A stretch of 64,000 bases of DNA from Desulfatiglandales bacterium (GTDB lineage Bacteria > Desulfobacterota > DSM-4660 > Desulfatiglandales > Desulfatiglandaceae), in NCBI GenBank assembly GCA_963662465.1, contig OY759599.1, positions 5,440,001 through 5,504,000 of the forward strand, read 5' to 3'. This document shows positions 46,837 through 56,496 of this stretch, piece after piece (positions within the stretch are counted from its first letter, which is position 1; each line of letters begins with the position of its first letter). The notes under the pieces are model-generated. The model did not search any database and was not told the DNA's origin. It saw only the letters and a program-made list of their open reading frames with translations. The position numbers were made by a program, and so were the translations under genes.

Positions 46837-47313
46837 GGAATCCGGTTTATTGCCTTTTCCCCTGCGGGCTCGAAAAAAATCCTTCATCAGCGCCCGGCAC
46901 TCCTCTTCCATAATGCCGGATACGATTTCTATTCGATGGTTGAGGCGATCATCCCGGGCGGGATTATATAGAGACCCGGCGGCGCCGCCCTTTACATCAT
47001 AGGCGCCGAATGCCAGCACCGACACCCGCGCATGAATAGCAGCACCCACACACATCAGGCACGGTTCTATGGTCGATACCAGCAGACACCGGTTCAGCCG
47101 GTAGTTCCCCACGATTTCGCAAGCCTTTCGGATCACTAGAATCTCAGCATGGGCCGTGGGGTCACGAAGGGCTATGGGTTGATTGTGGGCCCGGGACAAG
47201 ATATGCCCTTCCGAATCAACCAATATCGCCCCAACGGGAACCTCGCCCTCCAAATAGGCTTTTTTCGCTTCCTGAAGCGCCTGCGCCATCAAATGATAAA
47301 GATCATATTGCAT
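46813..47313 (-). CDS. tadA: tRNA adenosine(34) deaminase
   Basis: 'GEVPVGA', 'DPTAHAE', 'EPCLMC', 'LNHR'. Confidence 0.95.
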   Translation of the reverse strand: MQYDLYHLMAQALQEAKKAYLEGEVPVGAILVDSEGHILSRAHNQPIALRDPTAHAEILVIRKACEIVGNYRLNRCLLVSTIEPCLMCVGAAIHARVSVLAFGAYDVKGGAAGSLYNPARDDRLNHRIEIVSGIMEEECRALMKDFFRARRGKGNKPDSGEVPKWP

Positions 47314-47340
47314 TCTTTTACAATATTTTTTTGCGGTACG

Positions 47341-47979
47341 TCAAGAGGATACTCTTTTCAGTTCGTGAAAATATTCATGGGACTGAAAATTTGAAGCCTC
47401 TTCCTTGCCATGATCTTGCGGTGATGGGTCTTTTAGGCCGGGATGCCTTCGGCGTTTTCCGTCCTTTCCGAAAGCAAAAGAATGGGGACACAGCTCTTTT
47501 TCCACGTCCCCAAAAATCTTTTTTGCAAAATCATAATCTTCGTGGGGGTAAAAGTCCAGATTTTCGGCATGGGCTACGGCGCCCTCTACCACTTTTCTCG
47601 CACAGCTGGGATGAATCTTTTTCAAAATTTCCTTTGTTTCAATTTCTCCCAACCGCAATCGGTACTCTTCTTCCCCCATGAGCAGACAATAAGCATTTTT
47701 CGCTCCCAGGCAAAAAACATCCAGGAAGAAGGTGCCCATAAGGATCTGGCCGGCGGCGGTTTTTCGTGTGACCACAACCGTCCCCATACCGGCATTTGTT
47801 TCAAAAAGTCCTTCCGACTCCCAGCATTCATAGAGGGGCGCCCGCAGGGCCTGTGCCGTGGCCAACCGGTGGGTGATGTTCGACAGTGCGGCTTCCCGAC
47901 GAAGGGTCGCCTTTCTCTTTTTTTTCGGTGTTGTCTTTTTTGCTTTTTTCAGTTGAAGTTTTTTGCTTCGCAACGCCAT
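47341..47979 (-). CDS. Hypothetical protein
   Basis: 212-aa ORF in same-strand run; basic N-terminus; function not recognised. Confidence 0.6.
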   Translation of the reverse strand: MALRSKKLQLKKAKKTTPKKKRKATLRREAALSNITHRLATAQALRAPLYECWESEGLFETNAGMGTVVVTRKTAAGQILMGTFFLDVFCLGAKNAYCLLMGEEEYRLRLGEIETKEILKKIHPSCARKVVEGAVAHAENLDFYPHEDYDFAKKIFGDVEKELCPHSFAFGKDGKRRRHPGLKDPSPQDHGKEEASNFQSHEYFHELKRVSS

Positions 47980-48014
47980 AATTCAATTGCTCCCCATGGG
48001 CCGAGTTTTCCTGT

Positions 48015-48323
48015 TTAATCCTCGGTTTCATGGCCTAGCAGGACCATTCTTTCCCTGGCTGCCGCTTCCCTTTTTACTTCCCAGGCATCCCACTTCTGCT
48101 TCAATTGCGCCAGTTCCCCTTCCAGCGCCGGGATTTCTTCGGCGTAGGCATCATTTTTCAGTGTTTTTAATTCATTCAGCCGTTTTTTGATTTCGCGAAC
48201 GCGCTCTTTGGTGGCTTTCATGACGGTGAGGGCTTCTCTTTCCCTGGGAGTCGGAATCTCCATTTTACCGGTACAGGTGTTCACGTTCTCCAGTCCAGAC
48301 ATTTTCCCCTCGGCATTTTCCAT
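48015..48323 (-). CDS. Hypothetical coiled-coil protein
   Basis: RBS GGAGG before MENAEG; helical charged sequence. Confidence 0.65.
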   Translation of the reverse strand: MENAEGKMSGLENVNTCTGKMEIPTPREREALTVMKATKERVREIKKRLNELKTLKNDAYAEEIPALEGELAQLKQKWDAWEVKREAAARERMVLLGHETED

Positions 48324-48416
48324 GGTCCACCCTCCATTATTTACGAGCAATATAATCGAAATACGACGACCTGTCAAACCGGCGCTTTCATTTTCTCCTG
48401 CTACTTCAATTCGGGG

Positions 48417-49031
48417 TTATGTTGTTTCTATTTTCAGGCGATTGTGTTTCAGATGATGTTTATCGAGATTCACCTTTCTGTATATTTCGGACACAGGAAG
48501 TTCACAGTTTACCGCCTCAATTTTAACAATATTCCCGTCAGTCTCATATTTCGAATATATCCATGTCCCATCATCCTGACGTGTGAATTTTTCAACTCTC
48601 CAAAAATATTGTGAAATGAGTATGTATTCGACAAATGAGTCCAGACGCTGATAATGGGCGAATTTATCCCCTCTGTCATAGGCTTCGGTGGAATCAGAAA
48701 GGATTTCGATAATTACAACCGGATTTAACAAAACATCGTTGTTTTCATTTTCGAATTCTTCTTTCTCGCAAACAACAACGATATCGGGATAGGTATACTT
48801 TCCGATTTCCTTTATTTTCACTTTCATGTCGCTCGAAAAAACACTGCACGGTTTTTCAAGTAACTGGTTTCCTAAAATTCTTACAATATTGCTTGCTATC
48901 TGATTGTGTTCACGACTCGCCCCTGCCATCGCAAAAATTTCGCCGTCAAAGTATTCATTTCTGATTTCGGACTTTCTTTCTGAAACCAGATATTCTTCAG
49001 GACTGATTTTGTTTTCTTCCTTCAGTAACAT
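48417..49031 (-). CDS. Uma2-family (PD-(D/E)XK) endonuclease-like protein
   Basis: 'EYFDGEIFAMAGAS..H', 'YPDIVVVC', 'IIEILSDST...DRGDKF..Y'. Confidence 0.9.
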   Translation of the reverse strand: MLLKEENKISPEEYLVSERKSEIRNEYFDGEIFAMAGASREHNQIASNIVRILGNQLLEKPCSVFSSDMKVKIKEIGKYTYPDIVVVCEKEEFENENNDVLLNPVVIIEILSDSTEAYDRGDKFAHYQRLDSFVEYILISQYFWRVEKFTRQDDGTWIYSKYETDGNIVKIEAVNCELPVSEIYRKVNLDKHHLKHNRLKIETT

Positions 49032-49403
49032 TTCAGTCTTCCTTACTGATATGATGTTTTTTTAATTCTGCAGACTATTTTATTCTTTTACCACTGTAAT
49101 TCAAATATATCAGAGATGTCACTTTTAGAAAATAAAAAATATTTTATTTGTTGAAATTTAAACAACATAACGATTGAAACAGGCGGCGGGGCGGACTGAT
49201 TCAGCAACTTCATTAATTCTACTTTGTTATTTTCCATGTGAGGATATTTATTGATATATGTTGTTGATTTGATTTATTTTTTATGTTGACATGGTCGGAA
49301 TGACATGTTAGACATAACCCATCAAAAAGCGAAATCAATGGGGCGTTGGTATGAGTGCCGACAGCCCGCCGGAACAATCGTAGTTTCGATAAAGGAGCGA
49401 CCC

Positions 49404-50639
49404 TTGGCGTTAACACCCCGCAATCACCATAAAATAATTGCGCTTATTGAAAAGGGAGTGAATATCCCGAACCCCATGACCCTCTACCTGGACGATGACG
49501 TTAAAGTGGACCAGATCTCCGGCGACGGGGTTACCCTTTATCCCGGTTGCCGTATTCATGGCGGTGCAACCGTTATTTCACGAGGGGCCAAAATCGGATA
49601 TGAGGGCCCCGTGACCATGGAAGACTGCCGGATTGGCCCCCGTGTGGAGTTGAGGGGGGGGTATTTCAAGAAAGCGGTGTTTCTTGAAAAAGCGAACATG
49701 GGATTTGGCGCCCATGTGCGGGAAGGCACCATACTGGAGGAACAGGCCGGCGGCGCCCATTGCGTGGGCCTCAAGCAGACCATCCTGTTTCCCTTTGCCA
49801 CCCTGGGCAGTTTGATCAATTTTTGCGATTGCCTGCTGGCTGGAGGGACCAGCCGCCAAAACCATAGTGAAGTGGGAAGTTCCTATATTCATTTCAACTT
49901 TTCAGTTGATGGCGACAAAATAACCCCTTCATTGTTTGGGAATGTACCCCGGGGGGTAATGCTCAACCAGCCGCCCATTTTTCTGGGCGGCCAGGGCGGC
50001 GCCGTGGGGCCGATCCGGCTGGGTTTTGGAAATGTGGTGTCGGCGGGAACCATCCTGCGAAAGGATGTGCTGACGGAGCGTCGGCTGATCATGGGGAAAT
50101 CTCATCGCGGCGGTGAACTGCCATTTGTTTCCAATCGCTATCCGGGTTTGTTCCGGATGCTGGAAAAAAATCTGCAATACCTGGCAAATCTGGCGGCCCT
50201 TGATCAATGGTATCGACACGTTCGGCGAGATTTCTTTCATGGGGAAGAATTGGGGTATCTGATTTATAATGGCGTTCTCGAAAATTTATCCCTGGCTAAA
50301 AAGGAACGTATCAAACGTTTGAGGGCGGTGGCGGAAAAAATGCCTGAATCGATTCATCATGACCGAAGCGACACCACCAGAAGCCGCAAAATGGCATTTC
50401 ACCATCGTATAAACGAAGTTTGCGGCGTGTTTGACGGCGCCCAGGCCGCCCAATTCGGAAATGAACACAGAGACCGGTTTTTGGAAGCCTTGAAAACCCA
50501 CCAAAAGGATCAGGATCCCGACTATCTAACCGTCATTCAGAGCCTTCCCGAGGCTGTTTCCAAGGCCGGCACACTGTGGCTTGAGGCCATTGTTCAGGGT
50601 CTTTGCACGAAGGCGACCGCTTTTTTGGCAGAGCAGTGA
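49404..50639 (+). CDS. GlmU-like acetyltransferase-domain protein (hexapeptide/beta-helix), atypical
   Basis: 'KGVNIPNP..LY', 'MGFGAHVREGTILE'; upstream of glmM; TTG start after AAGGAG. Confidence 0.65.
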   Translation: MALTPRNHHKIIALIEKGVNIPNPMTLYLDDDVKVDQISGDGVTLYPGCRIHGGATVISRGAKIGYEGPVTMEDCRIGPRVELRGGYFKKAVFLEKANMGFGAHVREGTILEEQAGGAHCVGLKQTILFPFATLGSLINFCDCLLAGGTSRQNHSEVGSSYIHFNFSVDGDKITPSLFGNVPRGVMLNQPPIFLGGQGGAVGPIRLGFGNVVSAGTILRKDVLTERRLIMGKSHRGGELPFVSNRYPGLFRMLEKNLQYLANLAALDQWYRHVRRDFFHGEELGYLIYNGVLENLSLAKKERIKRLRAVAEKMPESIHHDRSDTTRSRKMAFHHRINEVCGVFDGAQAAQFGNEHRDRFLEALKTHQKDQDPDYLTVIQSLPEAVSKAGTLWLEAIVQGLCTKATAFLAEQ

Positions 50640-50670
50640 AGCGTGACAAGTGAAAAAAAGGAGAACCAAA

Positions 50671-52032
50671 ATGAGCAGACTGTTCGGTACGGACGGCATC
50701 AGGGGTGAGGCCAATCAATACCCCATGGACGGCATGACCGCTTTTCGCGTGGGCCAGGCCATGGCACTCACCCTCAACACCGAAAACCGTCACCCCACCG
50801 TGATGATCGGCAGGGATACCCGGATTTCGGGGGACATGCTTGAAGGTGCACTTTCGGCAGGTATTACCTCCATGGGGGGGGATGTCTGTTCCGTCGGGGT
50901 GTTGCCCACACCCGCCGTTTCCTTTTTCACCACCAGCGCCAAAGCCCATGCGGGAATCGTGATTTCCGCTTCTCACAATCCTTTTCAGGATAACGGCATC
51001 AAAATTTTTGGGGCAAATGGTTTTAAACTTTCAGACCATCAGGAAGAAGCTATTGAAGCCCTGATCCTGAAAGATACGCTTGCCGAATTTACGCCCTTGC
51101 CTGAAAAAATAGGTCGGATTCGACGGCTGGAAAACAGCCTGCAAGAATATGTACTGTTTTTAAAGGGGCATTTCCCCGACAATCTGTCCATGGCGGGCGT
51201 GAAGATCGTTCTGGATACGGCCAACGGGGCGACCTGCGAAGCCGCACCCGCGCTTTTCAGGGCACTTGGCGCGGATGTGACCGTCATTCACCATCACCCG
51301 AACGGCATAAACATCAACAATCGGTGCGGTTCCCAGTACACCGCCGATTTGGAGGCCAGTGTTCTGGAAAACGGCGCTGTCGCCGGGTTTGCTTTTGATG
51401 GAGACGGGGACCGACTCATTGCGGTGGATGAAAACGGGGGAAAGCTCTCCGGCGATCAGATTTTATTGATCTGTGCCGACGCACTCAAGGGAGCGGGCCG
51501 GCTGAAAAACAACCTGGTTGTCAGCACCGTCATGAGCAATCTCGGATTTGCCGGGGCCTGCCGAAAATATGACATTCGTCGTCACGAATCCCAGGTGGGG
51601 GACCGGTATGTGCTGGAGGACATGCAGCGGCTGGGCGCCGTTATCGGGGGAGAAGAATCCGGGCACATTATCCTTTTGAACCACCACGGAACCAGCGACG
51701 GCATTATCACGGCGCTACAGATTCTGGCGGTCATGCTGGAGAAAAACAGGCGCCTTTCCGAACTTTCTCAAATGATGGACGTCTATCCGCAGAAGCTGAT
51801 CAATGTGTCGGTCAGGGAAAAACCCGAAATCGCCACCGTGCCCCGGCTGGCGGAAGCCATCCGGCAGGTTGAATCGGACCTGGGCGACGAAGGACGCGTA
51901 CTAGTTCGTTATTCCGGAACACAGAATTTATGCCGGGTGATGGTGGAGGGCGCCACCATGGCCATTACGGAAAGGTATTGCGAGCAGATTGCCGCGGAGG
52001 TCAGGGAAGCCCTGAAGGGCAGTGAAGAGTGA
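50671..52032 (+). CDS. glmM: Phosphoglucosamine mutase
   Basis: 'LFGTDGIRG', 'ISASHNPFQDNGIK', 'FDGDGDR', 'GGEESGH', 'VRYSGT'. Confidence 0.95.
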   Translation: MSRLFGTDGIRGEANQYPMDGMTAFRVGQAMALTLNTENRHPTVMIGRDTRISGDMLEGALSAGITSMGGDVCSVGVLPTPAVSFFTTSAKAHAGIVISASHNPFQDNGIKIFGANGFKLSDHQEEAIEALILKDTLAEFTPLPEKIGRIRRLENSLQEYVLFLKGHFPDNLSMAGVKIVLDTANGATCEAAPALFRALGADVTVIHHHPNGININNRCGSQYTADLEASVLENGAVAGFAFDGDGDRLIAVDENGGKLSGDQILLICADALKGAGRLKNNLVVSTVMSNLGFAGACRKYDIRRHESQVGDRYVLEDMQRLGAVIGGEESGHIILLNHHGTSDGIITALQILAVMLEKNRRLSELSQMMDVYPQKLINVSVREKPEIATVPRLAEAIRQVESDLGDEGRVLVRYSGTQNLCRVMVEGATMAITERYCEQIAAEVREALKGSEE

Positions 52033-52098
52033 AGAGTGAAGAGTGAAGAGTGAAAAGTGACAAGTTCGTTGATCACCCTTCACCTTTCACTTGTCACT
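52021..52098. repeat. (AGTGAAG)n heptamer array plus inverted partner between convergent genes
   Basis: agtgaagagtgaagagtgaagagtgaagagtgaaaagtgacaag ... tcacccttcacctttcacttgtcact. Confidence 0.8.
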
Positions 52099-52351
52099 CC
52101 TGACTCAAAAACAGTTCCTTCATTTTATCCGCTACTTCCTCAAGGATTTCATCAAGCCAAAGCACGTCATCAATGGTGAGTCGACCGGCCTTGGTGGAAC
52201 TCTTTTTCCCATCCTTCCGTGTGTATGCTCTGGGGCCGATCTGTAATTTCGGATCCCCATCCCCATACCGGTTGATTGAAACCATGAGTCCTGTTTCTTC
52301 GTTTTCCCAGGAAGCCAGCGCCACATCCTTGCTTGCATCATAAGCCATCAT
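52094..52351 (-). CDS. Small hypothetical protein (possible PC4-like nucleic-acid-binding fold)
   Basis: RBS AAGGA; 'LMVSINRYGDGDPKLQIGPR.Y..KDG....K.GRLT'. Confidence 0.65.
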   Translation of the reverse strand: MMAYDASKDVALASWENEETGLMVSINRYGDGDPKLQIGPRAYTRKDGKKSSTKAGRLTIDDVLWLDEILEEVADKMKELFLSQE

Positions 52352-52476
52352 TTATCCTTTCATGTTTTTTAGCGTTTGGTCGAAATGGGCTGGAGGACGA
52401 CCCCAACCGTTCAAAGGGAGTGAATATAAGAGAAAGGCATATCCATGGCAAGTGAAAAAACCGTGATGAAGGGATG

Positions 52477-53397
52477 TTAAGGCGCCAATTCATTTGCAGC
52501 GACCGTTATGCGTTCAAATAATTCCCGGTCCGCCTTCCGTCGATGGATAATTCGAACGAATGGTCCCAGTGGGCCCCACTGAACCGGGTCCGTTTGTTTA
52601 AAAAGGGCCAGCGTGGGGGTTCCCATCAGTCCTGACAGGTGGGTGATGCCGCTGTCGTGTCCCAGATAAAGAGCGGCCGATCCCAGAATATCCATCAGCA
52701 TTTCTTTTTCAGGACAAAAAAGGATTTCCAAACGGGGAACCGCATCTGCATGGTTTTTGAAAAAGGCTTGCAGTCGGTCCTCGGCGGGCCCCAGCAAAAG
52801 GGTAGGTCTTAAATGAGCAAACCTGCTCATTTCCTGAAACCGGCTCAGGATTGTCATCCAGAAATCGGGGGGGTGATTTTTGTTTGCCCCCCCCGACCCG
52901 GGATGAAAAACGATTCCGTCCCGTTTTTTTGAGGTCCATGGGCCGGAAAGGAGAGGGCTCTTGCTTGCATTTTTTATGGCCCTGTCACCACTTGTGGGCA
53001 GCCCCGTGGATTGCAGACACTCCGCCAGATACCGGGCCACATGAATCATTTTCCCCTTGGGCGGGAAGGCCGGAAAAACCGATACCGGGGCATTGGGGAA
53101 AGAAAATTCCAGGTTTTCCCTTATGATTCCCTCTTTGTCCTTGAAAAACGCCACAACCTGGTCCGCTTTCGAAACAGGAAGCGATAAACGTCCGGAAACG
53201 GGGAGTTGGTCCGCAAACAGCCGATGCCACCCGGTGGTTTCCAGATCCATGGTGCGGCAAACCGCATCGCCCACATAGCGCAGCCCCGGTTGTCTTCCCA
53301 CAAAGTCGACAGAAGTTTTGCTCCTAAGCGCTGTTAAGGCAGGGAGCATCAAAAGGGTATCGCCCAGGGCGCCGGGCCGAATAATCAGGACCTTCAA
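52477..53397 (-). CDS. Glycosyltransferase family 9 (heptosyltransferase-like)
   Basis: 'RPGALGD', 'FHPGSGG..K', 'YLGHDSGITH', 'WGP'. Confidence 0.9.
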   Translation of the reverse strand: MKVLIIRPGALGDTLLMLPALTALRSKTSVDFVGRQPGLRYVGDAVCRTMDLETTGWHRLFADQLPVSGRLSLPVSKADQVVAFFKDKEGIIRENLEFSFPNAPVSVFPAFPPKGKMIHVARYLAECLQSTGLPTSGDRAIKNASKSPLLSGPWTSKKRDGIVFHPGSGGANKNHPPDFWMTILSRFQEMSRFAHLRPTLLLGPAEDRLQAFFKNHADAVPRLEILFCPEKEMLMDILGSAALYLGHDSGITHLSGLMGTPTLALFKQTDPVQWGPLGPFVRIIHRRKADRELFERITVAANELAP

Positions 53398-53410
53398 TGG
53401 CGCCGACCCG

Positions 53411-53752
53411 CTACCAGGCCGGGGAGGCCACCACCAGAACCACGCATTGCTCTTCCCCCGTATTCAGCAGGGCATGGCTGTCCCCCACGGGAATCCAAAT
53501 GGCGTCTCCCGGTTTTACGGACCGGGTTTCGTTTCCCACGGTCATCTCTCCCGTCCCGTTGGCAATGAAGTAGATCTCCTCCATGGGGTCCACATGAGCC
53601 TCTATTTTCTTGCCCGGATCCAGTCTGGCAATGGCCAGAAAACCGATCTCTTTCAGGTTTCGCCGGTCCAGAATCATCTGAGCGATGGCGCCCCCGTGGG
53701 CCAGATAGGTGGTATCCAGAACTTCCTTGTCGCTGATATTTCTTACTAGCAT
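53411..53752 (-). CDS. Cupin domain protein
   Basis: 'AHVDPMEEIYFI..G.G', 'PGDAIWIPVGDSH...NTG'. Confidence 0.88.
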   Translation of the reverse strand: MLVRNISDKEVLDTTYLAHGGAIAQMILDRRNLKEIGFLAIARLDPGKKIEAHVDPMEEIYFIANGTGEMTVGNETRSVKPGDAIWIPVGDSHALLNTGEEQCVVLVVASPAW

Positions 53753-53851
53753 ATGATTAACCTTATTGACTTTTCAGTTGCATTCAGTAAAAATTCCGAA
53801 ACTAATTCTTTTATCATGGAGTCTTATAAACGAAATTTTGGAGGATGCCAA

Positions 53852-55156
53852 ATGGAAAAAGGAAAATTGGATCCCCGGTTGAAATTGATCCAACAGGCGG
53901 ATATAAAGGATAAGGTGGTTTTGTTGCGGGTCGATCATAATGTGGTCAAAAAGGGCATGATCAAGGATCCGTACCGTATCGACGCCACCATCGGAACACT
54001 TTATGCCATCGCCGCGGCGGGGGGGAAACCGATTCTCATGAGCCATGTGGGCCGTCCCAGAGACAAAAAAACCGGTATGATTTCATGCCGGGAAGAACAA
54101 TCCGTGCTGCCTATCGTACGTTATCTGGAACAGAAACTGCCCGTTAAAATCCATGCCCAGGAATTTCCCGTGGATCCCGAGAAAGGGATTACCCACATTG
54201 ACGATTCCATAAAATCGACCCTTAAAGCCTTGCGGCAGGGAGAGATCGGCATGATCTATCTCCCCAATTCACGGTGGTTTGCGGGAGAACAGAGCAAGGG
54301 ACCCGAAAGAGATACCTTTTCAGCGGAGCTGGCGTCCATTGCGGATGTTTACGTGAATGACGCCTTCGGATCCTGGGGTGTGGCGGCATCCACATACGAT
54401 GTGGCCACGCGTCTTCCATCCTTTGCGGGCAACCTGCTGCAAAAGGAAATCGCCAATCTGTATCGGGTTCTGGAACCCGAAAGACCCTTTGTGGGGGTGG
54501 TGGCCGGCGCCAAATACGACACCAAAATCGGCCCTCTCAAGGCCCTTTACGACAAAGTGGATTACCTGATCCTGGGTGGACTCATGTATAACACCTTCCT
54601 CTCGGCAAAGTATGGGGCTACCATTAACGGTGTTTCCGAGGAGGATAAGGCCCTGGCCATGGAACTGGTTGCGCTGGACCGCGCCAAGGAAAAAATTCTT
54701 GAAATGCCCTATCTGGTGGAGTCGGACAGCGCCGAGAATCGTATAGAAGGTGGGTCTCGCCTTGTGGAAACGGCTCAATTCAAAAAAGGCGCCCATTTAA
54801 AATATATTCTGGATGTCCATGAAAAATCATTTCAAGACCCGCGTATCATGGATATTATTGGGTCTGCCCGAACCATCTTCGTCAATGCGGTGATGGGCCT
54901 GATGCCCCTCTTTTACGAAGGTTCCCGGGCACTTTACCGTCTTATTGATGAAAATGCTGCCGCGACAAAGCTTTATGCGGGGGGCGACACCCTCCAGGAA
55001 CTTCGAAATCTCTGCCCCGGCATTTATATGGCCGGTCTCGATGACCCGAAAACCTATTATTTTACCGGCGGGGGAAGCGTCCTTTCCGCCATTGAACAGG
55101 GAAGCCCCTACAAGATGAAGCCCTTCGAGGTATTGCTCAGGAAGGAAAACCCATGA
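53852..55156 (+). CDS. pgk: Phosphoglycerate kinase (divergent)
   Basis: 'LRVDHNV', 'MSHVGRP', 'YVNDAFG', 'GAK..TKI', 'GGDT', 'TGGG'. Confidence 0.85.
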   Translation: MEKGKLDPRLKLIQQADIKDKVVLLRVDHNVVKKGMIKDPYRIDATIGTLYAIAAAGGKPILMSHVGRPRDKKTGMISCREEQSVLPIVRYLEQKLPVKIHAQEFPVDPEKGITHIDDSIKSTLKALRQGEIGMIYLPNSRWFAGEQSKGPERDTFSAELASIADVYVNDAFGSWGVAASTYDVATRLPSFAGNLLQKEIANLYRVLEPERPFVGVVAGAKYDTKIGPLKALYDKVDYLILGGLMYNTFLSAKYGATINGVSEEDKALAMELVALDRAKEKILEMPYLVESDSAENRIEGGSRLVETAQFKKGAHLKYILDVHEKSFQDPRIMDIIGSARTIFVNAVMGLMPLFYEGSRALYRLIDENAAATKLYAGGDTLQELRNLCPGIYMAGLDDPKTYYFTGGGSVLSAIEQGSPYKMKPFEVLLRKENP

Positions 55157-55956
55157 TTCCGATCCCCATTTTTGACCCTGTAAAATGGGGAAGATCCATG
55201 CGGGTAGCGGCCTTTATGTCCGGTTCGGGAACCAACATCATGCGGTTGCTGGAACATGAAAAGGCTCTTCAGGCAAGAGACGGACGGTCTCCCTTTGAGA
55301 CGATTTTCATTTTCAGCGACCGGTCCGACGGCAATTCCGCCGGCGAAAAAATTGCGCTTGAAAATGGCTTGCCCTATTTTAGTTATGATATTAGAGCCTT
55401 TCACTCCTTGAGGTCCCTTGATCGGACGGTTGAAAATGAGGAAGGGCTTGCGGCAAGGCGGGAATACGACCGTGTGGCCGAAAAGCTGGTGAAGGCATTT
55501 GATATTGATGTCATCGCCCTGGGCGGTTATATGAGCTATACGACCCTCGGCCCGTGTGTGAATGTGCATCCGGCGGATCTTTCCATTCTTGGGGAAGACG
55601 GTCGCCGAAAGTATGTGGGTGATCATGCCGTGCGGGACGCCATTTCCGCCGGAGAGCGGGTGCTGCACGCCTCCACCCTGTGGACGGACGACGGGGTGGA
55701 TACGGGCCCCCTGCTCATGGTTTCGGACCCGCTTCCCGTTGTGCTTCCGGAACCCCTGGAAGATTTTAAAAGACACCCCGAAAAATTTGCCCATGCGGTA
55801 GACGATCACCAGGAACAACTTAAGGAAGTGGGGGACTGGAAAATATTCCCCCGCACTATTGAACTCATCGCCCAGGGACGCTTTGCCTTTGACGCCCGGG
55901 GACGGGTCCACCTGGATGATTCGCCCGTACCCCGGGGGTTTCGGGAAAAAACTTAA
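55153..55956 (+). CDS. Formyltransferase (PurN-like)
   Basis: 'SGSGTN', 'LGGYM', 'NVHPADL', 'GVDTGP'; ATGA overlap with pgk. Confidence 0.8.
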   Translation: MIPIPIFDPVKWGRSMRVAAFMSGSGTNIMRLLEHEKALQARDGRSPFETIFIFSDRSDGNSAGEKIALENGLPYFSYDIRAFHSLRSLDRTVENEEGLAARREYDRVAEKLVKAFDIDVIALGGYMSYTTLGPCVNVHPADLSILGEDGRRKYVGDHAVRDAISAGERVLHASTLWTDDGVDTGPLLMVSDPLPVVLPEPLEDFKRHPEKFAHAVDDHQEQLKEVGDWKIFPRTIELIAQGRFAFDARGRVHLDDSPVPRGFREKT

Positions 55957-56006
55957 ATCCTAAAACTTAAAACGTAAAACTTTCAAAACCGCGGCTTGCC
56001 GCTCAG
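55951..56006 (-). repeat. Second, inverted copy of GCGGCAAGCCGC + (TTTTAAG)n repeat
   Basis: rc reads ctgagcggcaagccgcggttttgaaagttttacgttttaagttttagg. Confidence 0.75.
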
Positions 56007-56017
56007 GAGGCGTTGTC

Positions 56018-56467
56018 ATGACCGAATTGGTCCTATGGATGGATAAGGAAATCAACAAGATGAGACAGGATATGGATCGTCTCTTCAGGGAATCATGGCC
56101 CGGCATCGGTGTCGGCCTGTTCCAGGAAAAGGTTTCTCAGCATATTTTCGTTGAAACCTTCATGACTGAACAGGCCTTCATCATTCGTGCGGTGCTTCCC
56201 GGGGTGGATCCCAAGAGTCTGGATATATCGGTCACGGACTACCGGTTGACCATCAAAGGCTGCAAGAAAGAGGAATCCGAAGATAATGACGGGTACTGCA
56301 AACAGATGGAACGAAAACTCAGATCTTTTTCCCGTTCGGTGCCCCTCCCCTTCAAGGTCGCTCCCGAAGAAATCAAAGCGACCCTGAATTTGGATGTCCT
56401 CAACATTCATATTCCCCTACAGGACCCGAAAAAAAAGCGCTGCGTCAAAATTGAGATCGCCCAATGA
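56018..56467 (+). CDS. Hsp20/alpha-crystallin small heat-shock protein
   Basis: 'LPGVDPKSLDISV', 'ER...SFSRSVPLP', 'IKAT...DVLNIHIP'. Confidence 0.88.
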   Translation: MTELVLWMDKEINKMRQDMDRLFRESWPGIGVGLFQEKVSQHIFVETFMTEQAFIIRAVLPGVDPKSLDISVTDYRLTIKGCKKEESEDNDGYCKQMERKLRSFSRSVPLPFKVAPEEIKATLNLDVLNIHIPLQDPKKKRCVKIEIAQ

Positions 56468-56496
56468 TAAACTGAAATCACAAAGGAGATTAATCC

